Below are positions 26,829 to 34,630 of a stretch of DNA of 64,000 nucleotides, piece by piece. The notes under the pieces are model-generated. The model did no database searches. It was given only the letters and a program-made list of their open reading frames with translations, and was not told where the DNA came from. A program made the position numbers and the translations under genes. The stretch's first letter is position 1, and each line of letters opens with the position of its first letter. Origin of the DNA: an uncultured Eubacteriales bacterium (GTDB taxonomy: Bacteria; Bacillota; Clostridia; Lachnospirales; Lachnospiraceae); assembly GCA_900319565.1 (NCBI GenBank), contig ONPC01000133.1, positions 12,323-76,322 of the forward strand, given 5' to 3'.

Positions 26829-27368
26829 TTATGCCTCCTTCTTACGAAGAACCGTTACTGCTGCGCAGGAAAGAGCAGCGATAACTGCGAGTGCTACGAT
26901 CGGGGTAGCGTCGCCGGTAGGAGCACCGGAACCAAGAACGATCTTTGTAGGAACGATGCCGTTCCAGCAGTTGAGAACGAGGCCGTCGCCACCTGCTGCC
27001 ATCATAGCCTTGAGATCAGCTACGGTGTAGGTAACTTCCGATGTCTCGCCGTCTGCCTTGAAGTCGCCCGGATAAGGCGCCTGTGTTCCGGCTACGGAGT
27101 GATCCCACCACTTATAATCTGCTGCGGTGCTGTCGTTGGTGCACCAGCAGAAACCGGGATCGGCTGCAAAGTGATCCTTAACACTGATCGTGATCACAAC
27201 AGTTTCGTTGTCTGCATGACCGTCGAATACGGTGTTGTTGATAATAACGAAGTTGTCGTTACCTTCTTCAACTGCGATCGAGGTACCGTCAAATGTGCTG
27301 CCGAATACTGCACACGCCATGCACATAACCATGGCAAATGTCAAAACGACTGCGGTAAATTTCTTCAT
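26829..27368 (-). CDS. Small secreted protein with a C-terminal GDATPI-TM-RKKEA anchor-like tail (paralog 2)
   Basis: ORF 26829-27668. Preferred start is the ATG complementary to 27366-27368, with a GGAGG RBS. Signal peptide MKKFTAVVLTFAMVMCMACAVFG. C-terminus APTGDATPIVALAVIAALSCAAVTVLRKKEA. Confidence 0.75.
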   Translation of the reverse strand: MKKFTAVVLTFAMVMCMACAVFGSTFDGTSIAVEEGNDNFVIINNTVFDGHADNETVVITISVKDHFAADPGFCWCTNDSTAADYKWWDHSVAGTQAPYPGDFKADGETSEVTYTVADLKAMMAAGGDGLVLNCWNGIVPTKIVLGSGAPTGDATPIVALAVIAALSCAAVTVLRKKEA

Positions 27369-27416
27369 CCTGATTAACCTCCAAACATATATTTCGATAG
27401 ATTTACCGATGTCTGT

Positions 27417-27445
27417 ATTATAGCACTTCCTCGCCTTTGGTTCAA
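27417..27445 (-). promoter_or_regulatory. Near-consensus promoter for surface-protein gene 2
   Basis: Minus strand: TTGAAC (complement of 27440-27445), 17-bp spacer, TATAAT (complement of 27417-27422), with extended -10 TGc. Confidence 0.6.
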
Positions 27446-27456
27446 TAGGTTTCCTC

Positions 27457-27485
27457 TTGTAAGATTTCCCGTTATTTGCTATAAT
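27457..27485 (+). promoter_or_regulatory. Promoter candidate for the DUF2142-like / flippase operon (back-to-back with the previous promoter)
   Basis: TTGTAA (27457-27462), 17-bp spacer, TATAAT (27480-27485), with extended -10 TGc. Confidence 0.5.
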
Positions 27486-27564
27486 TGGAGCATGATTTGC
27501 GCATGAAACGCGCTTTTCCAGAATTAGAAAGTCGTGTCCGGAAGGTCCGGAACCGGAGGAAGAT

Positions 27565-29199
27565 ATGTTGAAGAACAAAAAGTTGGTTGCGTTTTGTCTG
27601 ATCGGGTTGTTTGCACTCGTTATGATCGCATGTGGGCTGAAGAGCCGGATCCTTCCGCTGGAACACATGCGGAGAGTTCAGGCGTTCTATATCCTGGTCG
27701 TGCTCGCCGGAATCACGGTCACAAGCGTGCTGGCATATAAAGTTTTTCGAACGAAAGATAAAACCGATGCGACAGACGAAGCAAAAAAGCCCCGGGTGAC
27801 CGAGAAACGTTTTTTCACGCTGGCTCTGGTCTGGGGACTGCTGTATATGATCGTATTTCCCCCGCTGGCCGTTCCCGATGAAAACTATCATTACGCGCAG
27901 GCATACTATTTCTCCAACTGTGTGCTGGCGCCTTCGAAGAACATTAAAAATGATAAAGGTACATTCCCGCAGATGCGTCCGACGGATGCGGATGTGATCC
28001 ACTATTTTAACTGCCCGCGCCCGGGTGTGGATGATTATGTTCATCTCTTCGCCGGCGCATCGCTTTTTGCCTCCGGCTCCGAGCAGAACGACCTGGTTCC
28101 GCACGAGCGCGCGGAGGCTCTGGGAGGTGTTTTTTGGGCTTACCTGCCGCAGACCGTGGCCATAACCGTTGGCCGTGTGCTCCACCTGGGCGGCCTCTGG
28201 ACATTCTATCTGGCACGTCTGTTTAATCTCGCAGCCTTCCTGATCCTGCTTCGCTTTGCGCTGTATTGGATCCCGTTTGGCAAAAACACCCTCGGCGTGA
28301 TCGCGATCCTGCCCATGACGATGCACCTCTGTGCGTCCCTGAGCTACGATGCGACCATTCTGGGCCTGTCCTTCTTCTTTACGGCAAAAGTCCTGCAACT
28401 GGCGTATCAGGTGGAGACCGTCACACGAAAGGATATGGCAGTCCTGACCGTATCCATGTCGCTTCTGGCTCCGATCAAAGTGATCTACGTCCTGATGGCA
28501 TTCCTATGCTTCCTGATCCCTCAGGCGAAATTCAAGAGCCGCAAACGTTTCCTCACCTGCGCTGGCGTGATGGCGGGCGTAGTGTTCCTGATCTTCCTTT
28601 TGGTCAATATTCCCCGCTTGATCCCGTATCTGGAGGAATCGAACCTGACACTGGAATATGCAAACGGAGCGGATTGCTACACGCTCGCCGAGCTGATCAA
28701 AAATCCCGTTCGCACCGTCGGGATCTTATTTAACACGATTCGTGTTTACGGAAGTGACCATTTTACCCGGATGTTCGGTGAGATGCTGGGCTGGCTGGAG
28801 ATCCGCATCCCGCTTCTCGTGATCATCCCGATGATGCTGCTTCTGGCGCTGACGACCGCCGTTACGCCGAATGAGCCGAATGTGCGCATCGAAAAGAAAA
28901 ACCGTGTGATCAGCATTTTCGTGATCGCCGGTGTGATCCTCATGGCTATTTTTTCCATGCTGGCGGCGTGGACCCCGGCCGGCAGCCCCGTGGCGGAAGG
29001 CGTGCAGGGACGTTACTATCTGCCCATTCTGCCCATGGCAGTTTTGTGTGCGCGCAACCGTCTGATCGAGATCAAAAAGGATCCTCGTGACGGTATCTGT
29101 CTGGCATTCTGCCTGTTCCATATCATTGCCCTGACATCGGCGATCGAAGTGATCGTCAGTCGTATGGGATATAACATAGTCGACGGTTTCCTCGACTGA
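27565..29199 (+). CDS. Polytopic membrane protein, DUF2142-like / GT-C-fold glycosyltransferase-like
   Basis: GGAGGA (27555-27560) precedes ATG 27565. At least 10 hydrophobic helices. The extracytoplasmic loop motif VPDENYHYAQAYY after the second helix is one I associate with DUF2142. Not verified by search. Confidence 0.5.
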   Translation: MLKNKKLVAFCLIGLFALVMIACGLKSRILPLEHMRRVQAFYILVVLAGITVTSVLAYKVFRTKDKTDATDEAKKPRVTEKRFFTLALVWGLLYMIVFPPLAVPDENYHYAQAYYFSNCVLAPSKNIKNDKGTFPQMRPTDADVIHYFNCPRPGVDDYVHLFAGASLFASGSEQNDLVPHERAEALGGVFWAYLPQTVAITVGRVLHLGGLWTFYLARLFNLAAFLILLRFALYWIPFGKNTLGVIAILPMTMHLCASLSYDATILGLSFFFTAKVLQLAYQVETVTRKDMAVLTVSMSLLAPIKVIYVLMAFLCFLIPQAKFKSRKRFLTCAGVMAGVVFLIFLLVNIPRLIPYLEESNLTLEYANGADCYTLAELIKNPVRTVGILFNTIRVYGSDHFTRMFGEMLGWLEIRIPLLVIIPMMLLLALTTAVTPNEPNVRIEKKNRVISIFVIAGVILMAIFSMLAAWTPAGSPVAEGVQGRYYLPILPMAVLCARNRLIEIKKDPRDGICLAFCLFHIIALTSAIEVIVSRMGYNIVDGFLD

Positions 29200-29213
29200 C
29201 CGTGAGGAGAAAC

Positions 29214-30473
29214 ATGAACCCTTCCACAACGAAAAAAACTTTGATCTGGATCACGATCTCCGGATTTTTATATGCGTGCATCGCGCTGATCCTGCCCATG
29301 GTCACGACGCGCCTGATCGGCGCGGACGCCGGCGAGGCGGCAGGAAAAGCGGCGGGCGGCGCCGTGGCCGACACGATCAATATCAGTCAGGTATTGATCA
29401 CCATCGGCCTTTTTTCGGTGCGTACCTTCCAGGTCTCGGACGACCGGGATACGTTTTCCTTCTCGAAAGCGTTCTCCTTCCGGTTGTGGACGGTGGCTGC
29501 GATGGCGGTCGCTTCGGCCGTATGGATCGCGTTCGGAGGGTATTCGGAGGATAAGCTTAAGCTTCTGATCCTGATGCTCCTGTTTAAGATGACGGAAGCA
29601 TTTTCCGATCTCTTCGAAGGAACCTTCCAGCGCGAGAACCGTTTCTACGTGGCGGGTCGTATCCTGACCGTGCAGAACTCCCTGGCCATTCTGGGCTACG
29701 TGACGACGCTGGCGCTCACGAAGGATCCGGTTGTGTCTCTGTTGGTCACGGACATTTTGTATGCATTGATCGTGTTCGGGGTGCACCCGCGGTTCCTGAA
29801 CAAACCGCTTTCGGCCTACCGACCGAAGCTTTTCACAAAAGATATGCGGGTCATGCTCCTCATGTGCCTGCCCGCATTTATGAACGCCTTCCTGCTGGTC
29901 TACCTGGATAACTGCGCGAAGTTCGAAGTCGCGAAGACCGGCGGCGACGGCATCCTGATGGAATTTACCGCACTGTTTCTGTGCGTTTTCGTGATCAATC
30001 TCTTTGCGGGCTTCTTCCTGAAAACAATGCTCAAAGAGATCGCCGACTGTTACAATCAGAAGGATAAGCGTAAGATGCTGCGCCTGATCCGCAACCTCAT
30101 CCTGGTCATCCTGGCGCTGACCTTATGCGGCCTGGCGGTCGCCGAGACCATTGGCCTGCCGATCCTGGGTGCCTTCTACGCCATGGATCTGTCGAACTAT
30201 CACCTGGAACTGGGGCTGGCGCTTCTGGCCGGCGGCATCAACGCAGTGAATTCCCTCCTTCTGAATGTGCTCATCATCATGCGCCGCCAGCTGGCCACCC
30301 TGGTCTGCACCATTGCCTGCGCAGCCGTAGCTTTCTTCACGATGCCGGTCTTCGTTACGAAGATGTCCGTTCTGATGGGCGGCGCCCTGGGCTACCTGGT
30401 TATCGTATCGGTATTATTTGTGCTCTACGGAGGCCTCGCCGTAACTGGCCTGAAGAGGATAAACAAGGGTTGA
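29214..30473 (+). CDS. MOP-superfamily (Wzx-like) oligosaccharide/polysaccharide flippase
   Basis: ORF 29202-30473. Preferred start is ATG 29214 after GAGGAGA. About 12 TM helices spread across the whole length. It starts 15 nt after the stop of the upstream membrane protein. Confidence 0.5.
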   Translation: MNPSTTKKTLIWITISGFLYACIALILPMVTTRLIGADAGEAAGKAAGGAVADTINISQVLITIGLFSVRTFQVSDDRDTFSFSKAFSFRLWTVAAMAVASAVWIAFGGYSEDKLKLLILMLLFKMTEAFSDLFEGTFQRENRFYVAGRILTVQNSLAILGYVTTLALTKDPVVSLLVTDILYALIVFGVHPRFLNKPLSAYRPKLFTKDMRVMLLMCLPAFMNAFLLVYLDNCAKFEVAKTGGDGILMEFTALFLCVFVINLFAGFFLKTMLKEIADCYNQKDKRKMLRLIRNLILVILALTLCGLAVAETIGLPILGAFYAMDLSNYHLELGLALLAGGINAVNSLLLNVLIIMRRQLATLVCTIACAAVAFFTMPVFVTKMSVLMGGALGYLVIVSVLFVLYGGLAVTGLKRINKG

Positions 30474-30510
30474 TGATCAATTCATGGTTTGAATGTCTGA
30501 TATATATTAT

Positions 30511-30547
30511 TACGAGCCCGGCTTAATGCCGGGCTCGTAGCGTTTTG
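30511..30547. terminator. Bidirectional terminator between the flippase gene and prs
   Basis: Perfect 12-bp stem TACGAGCCCGGC / GCCGGGCTCGTA with loop TTAAT. GCGTTTT lies downstream on the plus strand and an AT-rich tract lies on the other side. Confidence 0.7.
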
Positions 30548-30586
30548 GTCCGTATATAGTTTTTTGTGGATCGGTTGTGGTTTTGT

Positions 30587-31768
30587 TTACGCTAAATTCG
30601 GATCCTCTTTATACCGTGCGAGCAACCGGTTGATGCGCTCGGTCGGGTTTAAGAGATCGTGGATGCTGGCGTTGTGGTTCAGGTGATCGATCAGCATCGC
30701 GATGTATTTGCTCAAATCGACGGATACATAGTAGGGACGGGAGAGAAGCTCCGGCGTCTGGTAGATCAGGTTCGTCGTGTAGATGCGGTCAATGACGCCC
30801 TGCTCGTACGCGTTGTCGAATTTCGCCAGGCCGTTGGTGAACAGGCCGAAGGTCGATACGCCGAATACGCGGCGGGCTTTGCGGCGCTTCAGCTCGCGTG
30901 CCACATCCAGGATGCTGTCGCCGGAGGAGATCATGTCATCGACGATGACCACGTCCTGACCGGTAACGTCTGAACCGAGGAATTCGTGTGCCACGATCGG
31001 GTTACGTCCGTCCACGACCTTCGAGTAGTCGCGGCGCTTGTAGAACATGCCCATGTCGACACCGAGACGGTTCGCGTAGTGGATGGCGCGGCGGGTACCG
31101 CCTTCATCCGGGCTGATGACCATCAGGTGCTCGGGATCGATCGTGAGATCCTTCTCGGTTTTCAAAAGTGCTTTGATAAATTGGTAGATGCAGGGCACAT
31201 CCTCGAATGAAACGAGCGGGATGGCGTTCTGTACACGGGAGTCGTGGGCATCGAAGGTAATGATGTTGGAGACGCCCATATTGACCAGTTCCTTCAGTGC
31301 GATGGCGCAGTCCAGAGACTCGCGGCCGCTGCGCTTATCCTGACGGCTTTCGTACAGGAACGGCATGATGACCGTGATACGGCGAGCCTTACCGCCGATG
31401 GCGGCGATCATACGCTTCAGATCCTGGAAGTGATCATCCGGTGACATGTGGTTCACATGTCCGCACAGTGAGTAGGTCAGGCTGTAGTTGCAGACGTCCA
31501 CCATGAGGTAGATATCGTCGCCGCGGACCGAGGCGTTGATCACGCCCTTTGCTTCACCGGTGCCGAAACGCGGCGCGGAAGCTTCGATGATGAATGAAGG
31601 TTTTTCATAGCCTGCAAACGAGATCGTGTGGGCCTGCTCATGCTCGCGTTCCATGCGCTGACGCGCCAGATGCGCGTCGACCTGCTTACCTAAGGCTTCG
31701 CAGCTCTTGAGCGGAATGAGACCCAAAGGTCCGATGGGAATTGCACTGGACAGAAGTTCGGATGCCAT
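30587..31768 (-). CDS. prs: Ribose-phosphate pyrophosphokinase (long form, 393 aa)
   Basis: Motifs YESRQDKRSGRES, FDAHD and the PRPP loop VVIVDDMISSGDSI. GGGAGGA RBS. Confidence 0.8.
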   Translation of the reverse strand: MASELLSSAIPIGPLGLIPLKSCEALGKQVDAHLARQRMEREHEQAHTISFAGYEKPSFIIEASAPRFGTGEAKGVINASVRGDDIYLMVDVCNYSLTYSLCGHVNHMSPDDHFQDLKRMIAAIGGKARRITVIMPFLYESRQDKRSGRESLDCAIALKELVNMGVSNIITFDAHDSRVQNAIPLVSFEDVPCIYQFIKALLKTEKDLTIDPEHLMVISPDEGGTRRAIHYANRLGVDMGMFYKRRDYSKVVDGRNPIVAHEFLGSDVTGQDVVIVDDMISSGDSILDVARELKRRKARRVFGVSTFGLFTNGLAKFDNAYEQGVIDRIYTTNLIYQTPELLSRPYYVSVDLSKYIAMLIDHLNHNASIHDLLNPTERINRLLARYKEDPNLA

Positions 31769-31888
31769 AATAATCCTCCCGATATGAATTTTGCTGAAAA
31801 ACGGGACGTGCCCGCGTGGTGGGAAATAAAGGATATGTTCGCGAAGGACGGACGGTCGGAATGGACACAGATCCCCTTCGGCGTTAAC

Positions 31889-31917
31889 ATATTAGCACTT
31901 TCCCAAGGGCGTGTCAA
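31889..31917 (-). promoter_or_regulatory. Consensus-like promoter for prs, overlapping the stop codon of the upstream dnaI-like gene
   Basis: Minus strand: TTGACA (complement of 31912-31917), 17-bp spacer, TAATAT (complement of 31889-31894). Confidence 0.6.
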
Positions 31918-32930
31918 GACCGACCGAGGGAATGACGCACATTAAAATCCACACCGTCCGTGGTGCACAGATGTGTGTACGGGGCGGAAGTGATGCGGTC
32001 GACCACGCGTTCCGTGTAAGTCCTGCGCAGTTGGTCCGGCGTATGGTTCGACGTCAGAATGGTGCTTTTGCGGCGAACCAGGCGTTCATTGATCAGACGG
32101 AAGAAATACGAGGAGGTGTGCGCCGTCTCCGGCTCGGTCCCCAGATCGTCAATGATCATAAGATCACAGTCCGTCATCATTTTTGCCTTCTCGTTTTCGA
32201 AGGTGTCGTCATCTTCTTCATCCTTAAACGCCCAGGTGTCCTGCCTCAGAATGGTAAATGCATCTGTGGCGGACAGGTACAGGACGGAGTAACCGCGGTC
32301 CATGACCCGGCGGGCAATGCAGCTTGCGAGGAAGGTCTTACCGGTTCCGGTGTTGCCTGTGAGCAGGAGACTGGATGCGTCATCCGCAGTGAAATCCTCC
32401 GCGTAGGACTTGCAGTAATCCACGATCTGCTCCATGATGTCGCGCACGCTCCAGCCGTTTTTTGCTTTGATGTGCTCCGGATACAGGCTCATGTCCAGCT
32501 TGTCGAAATTCTGCTGATCCAGGGCCGAAAGGTTGGAGTAGCGGTAGAGCAGCGAGATGAGCAGCTGGCGGCTGCACGAACAGGGTTTGCCGTCCGTGTA
32601 TCCGGTGTCCTTACAGATCGGGCAGTGAACATAGGGCTCAAGGTAATCCTCGGGCAGGCCGTTTTGTATAAGAAGTTCTTTTTTACGGCGCGCCAGATCC
32701 TGGAGCTGCGAACTGAGGCGGGCCTGCGCATCGGCACCGTATGCCGAGCCGCCCAGAGCCGCGCGCGCGGCCTGCGCGGAGAGCTGAGCCTGTTCGGCTG
32801 TCAGTTCCCGATATCCTGCGACGTTCTCATATACATGGGAACGTCGCTCGTTTTCGATCCGGACATTTTCGTTGCGGAGAAGAGAATAGTGGCGTTCGAT
32901 CGCATTATTGATCTCGTTCGGATAACTCAT
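31914..32930 (-). CDS. DnaI/DnaC-type replicative helicase loader (AAA+ ATPase)
   Basis: N-terminal Cys cluster CPICKDTGY...CSC. Walker A GNTGTGKTFL. Walker B LMIIDDLG. 4-nt overlap with the upstream dnaD-like gene. Confidence 0.8.
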   Translation of the reverse strand: MSYPNEINNAIERHYSLLRNENVRIENERRSHVYENVAGYRELTAEQAQLSAQAARAALGGSAYGADAQARLSSQLQDLARRKKELLIQNGLPEDYLEPYVHCPICKDTGYTDGKPCSCSRQLLISLLYRYSNLSALDQQNFDKLDMSLYPEHIKAKNGWSVRDIMEQIVDYCKSYAEDFTADDASSLLLTGNTGTGKTFLASCIARRVMDRGYSVLYLSATDAFTILRQDTWAFKDEEDDDTFENEKAKMMTDCDLMIIDDLGTEPETAHTSSYFFRLINERLVRRKSTILTSNHTPDQLRRTYTERVVDRITSAPYTHLCTTDGVDFNVRHSLGRS

Positions 32931-34285
32931 GCATTCACCTTCTCTTTCAGTTTTTTATAGATCGCCTCGTTGGCGTGCTGGTTGTAGTCGTAATCATGCT
33001 GCGGAAAATCGTTGAAGTCTTTCCGTGCGGCTTTCGGGCGTGCAGCGGTAGCTGCAGCTTTCGTTTCGTTGCGGTGCGCTTCGTCCGCCGCCTGGATTTC
33101 GAACAGGGTGCGAAGACCCGCTTTATTCCAGTTGCTGAGGATCACGTTGTAGTAATGCAGGATCGAGAGGGGGTCACCGGTCGAAATGGCCTGCAGCTGT
33201 TTGCTGCGTGTACGGTCACAGGCTTCCAGAAGGATCTCGTCGGAAGAAGAACCGAAGGTCTCACGCCAGCTGTGGACGGAATTGATCTCGCCGATGGTCG
33301 GTTTCGCAGCGTCCAGCCCCAGTTTCGAGAAAATGATCTTCGTGAACGCGGAGTCTTCCTCTGTGTAGAGCGGATCCGTCTCAAAACGATGGGCATAGGT
33401 CAGGGTCAGAAAATCCGAGACCAGCTTACGCACATCGTTCGTGTGCTGCGGGATCTCATCCTTCAAGGCTTCGTAGATCTCATCTGAGGTCTCTTTGAAG
33501 GTATCGAACTTAAGAACCGGTTCGGATCGTTTCAGAGTCTTTTTCGACTTATACTTCTGGCAGTAGTCTGCAATGGCGAGAACGGCTTCTTCGTCCTGCT
33601 CGAAACGGCGGAAGATCTCCAACAGGATATCCACCTGAGGCCGTTTGAGTTCCCGGTCCATAAGCGACGGACCCTGCAGTGTCTGCATCAGAATCTTAAA
33701 ACGGGGATCCGACTCCAGTTTCAGGAGCAGATCGGACTGCTGCCGGGGCACGAAGGAAACGGCAGCGTCCTCGAGACCGTAACGCAAGGGTTTGCGCTCT
33801 TCGGCGAACACGGCTTCCTGCATCGCGGGCCGCGATTCTTCAGGCACGGGCGCCTGCGCCGGTGTAGCCGGAGCGGCAGGCTTCGCGGCCGTCTCGGCAG
33901 GCTCCGACGGTGTCTCGACATCTTTCAGCGTCATCTGCATCTGGCCGTCTTCGTCGTCCTCGAAGATCAGCATCTTCTCACGGCGCGGAAGTACCGGAAG
34001 CAGGGTGATCGAAGACAGACGCGTCCCTTTCTGCTCCAGGGAGATGAGCCCGTTATCTGCCCAATAGTGCAGGGCATAGCAAAGTGAAGTGCGGCTGGTG
34101 CCCAGTGCTTCCTCCATCTCCTTAAGGCCGATCGAAGCGCCGCCCGAAGCGGAAAGCGCGTTCAGAAGATAGAGATAGGTTTTAAGGCAGAGAGCGTCTG
34201 CCGTCATCATGTAGTCTGTGATAAAAGTGCGCGGCAGCTGGACCGTATCCGGCTGCATGCGGTTGTTTACAGGTATCTGTGCCAT
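32927..34285 (-). CDS. DnaD-domain replication initiation / helicase-loading protein (B. subtilis DnaB/DnaD-like)
   Basis: N-terminal winged-helix-like region. A/P-rich linker. C-terminal DnaD-domain-like ILHYYNVILSNWNKAGLRT. Operonic with the loader ATPase. Confidence 0.65.
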   Translation of the reverse strand: MAQIPVNNRMQPDTVQLPRTFITDYMMTADALCLKTYLYLLNALSASGGASIGLKEMEEALGTSRTSLCYALHYWADNGLISLEQKGTRLSSITLLPVLPRREKMLIFEDDEDGQMQMTLKDVETPSEPAETAAKPAAPATPAQAPVPEESRPAMQEAVFAEERKPLRYGLEDAAVSFVPRQQSDLLLKLESDPRFKILMQTLQGPSLMDRELKRPQVDILLEIFRRFEQDEEAVLAIADYCQKYKSKKTLKRSEPVLKFDTFKETSDEIYEALKDEIPQHTNDVRKLVSDFLTLTYAHRFETDPLYTEEDSAFTKIIFSKLGLDAAKPTIGEINSVHSWRETFGSSSDEILLEACDRTRSKQLQAISTGDPLSILHYYNVILSNWNKAGLRTLFEIQAADEAHRNETKAAATAARPKAARKDFNDFPQHDYDYNQHANEAIYKKLKEKVNA

Positions 34286-34349
34286 AACATCTTAATCCCC
34301 TAATTCTATGTGATCGGTGACGCCCTTCACCGATTACACTCTACGATGA

Positions 34350-34378
34350 ATTCTAACACAAATCGGGTACTTTGTTAA
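34350..34378 (-). promoter_or_regulatory. Promoter candidate for the dnaD-like / dnaI-like operon
   Basis: Minus strand: TTAACA (complement of 34373-34378), 17-bp spacer, TAGAAT (complement of 34350-34355), with extended -10 TGt. Confidence 0.5.
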
Positions 34379-34436
34379 GGCAAAAGAGGCATTTTCCGAG
34401 GGCGATACGGCCGGTTTTCTTAAGTTCGTTTTGCAC

Positions 34437-34610
34437 TGTGGATAGTGTGGAAAAAGTGGAAAAAAACATTGGCCACCTTCGGGTAAAACGGCGGAAACCT
34501 TGATACTTCGGAGACTTTTCAAGGGGGGAGACCATCGGACTCCCGTCAACAAATAATCCACATTTTCCACGGCGGCCGCGTCGGCATTCGCCTGTGGAAA
34601 ATGTGGATAA
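34437..34610. promoter_or_regulatory. Cluster of seven DnaA-box-like 9-mers arranged as abutting tandems
   Basis: Scored against TTATCCACA. 34602-34610 is perfect (TGTGGATAA on the plus strand). One mismatch: 34437-34445, 34446-34454, 34554-34562 and 34593-34601. Two mismatches: 34455-34463 and 34563-34571. The boxes sit as a triplet and two doublets with no spacing between them. Confidence 0.6.
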
Positions 34611-34630
34611 AAGAGAGCACAAAAGGTGCG

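Noticed and set aside
26032-27368. Calling the two small secreted proteins LPXTG sortase substrates
   Set aside because: Neither has L-P-x-T-G; they have ASAGD and APTGD instead. The tail resembles only the post-motif part (GD-x-TP, hydrophobic stretch, basic tail) of clostridial sorting signals.
31911-32960. 349-aa plus-strand ORF opposite the dnaI-like gene
   Set aside because: The minus-strand frame has Walker A/B motifs and an operon context. The plus-strand product has no motifs and no RBS.
34286-34630. Interpreting the DnaA-box cluster as the chromosomal origin (oriC)
   Set aside because: No dnaA or dnaN gene is adjacent and I see no obvious AT-rich unwinding element next to the boxes. 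A regulatory or titration cluster is the more conservative reading, though a genome-wide GC-skew analysis would be needed to exclude an origin.
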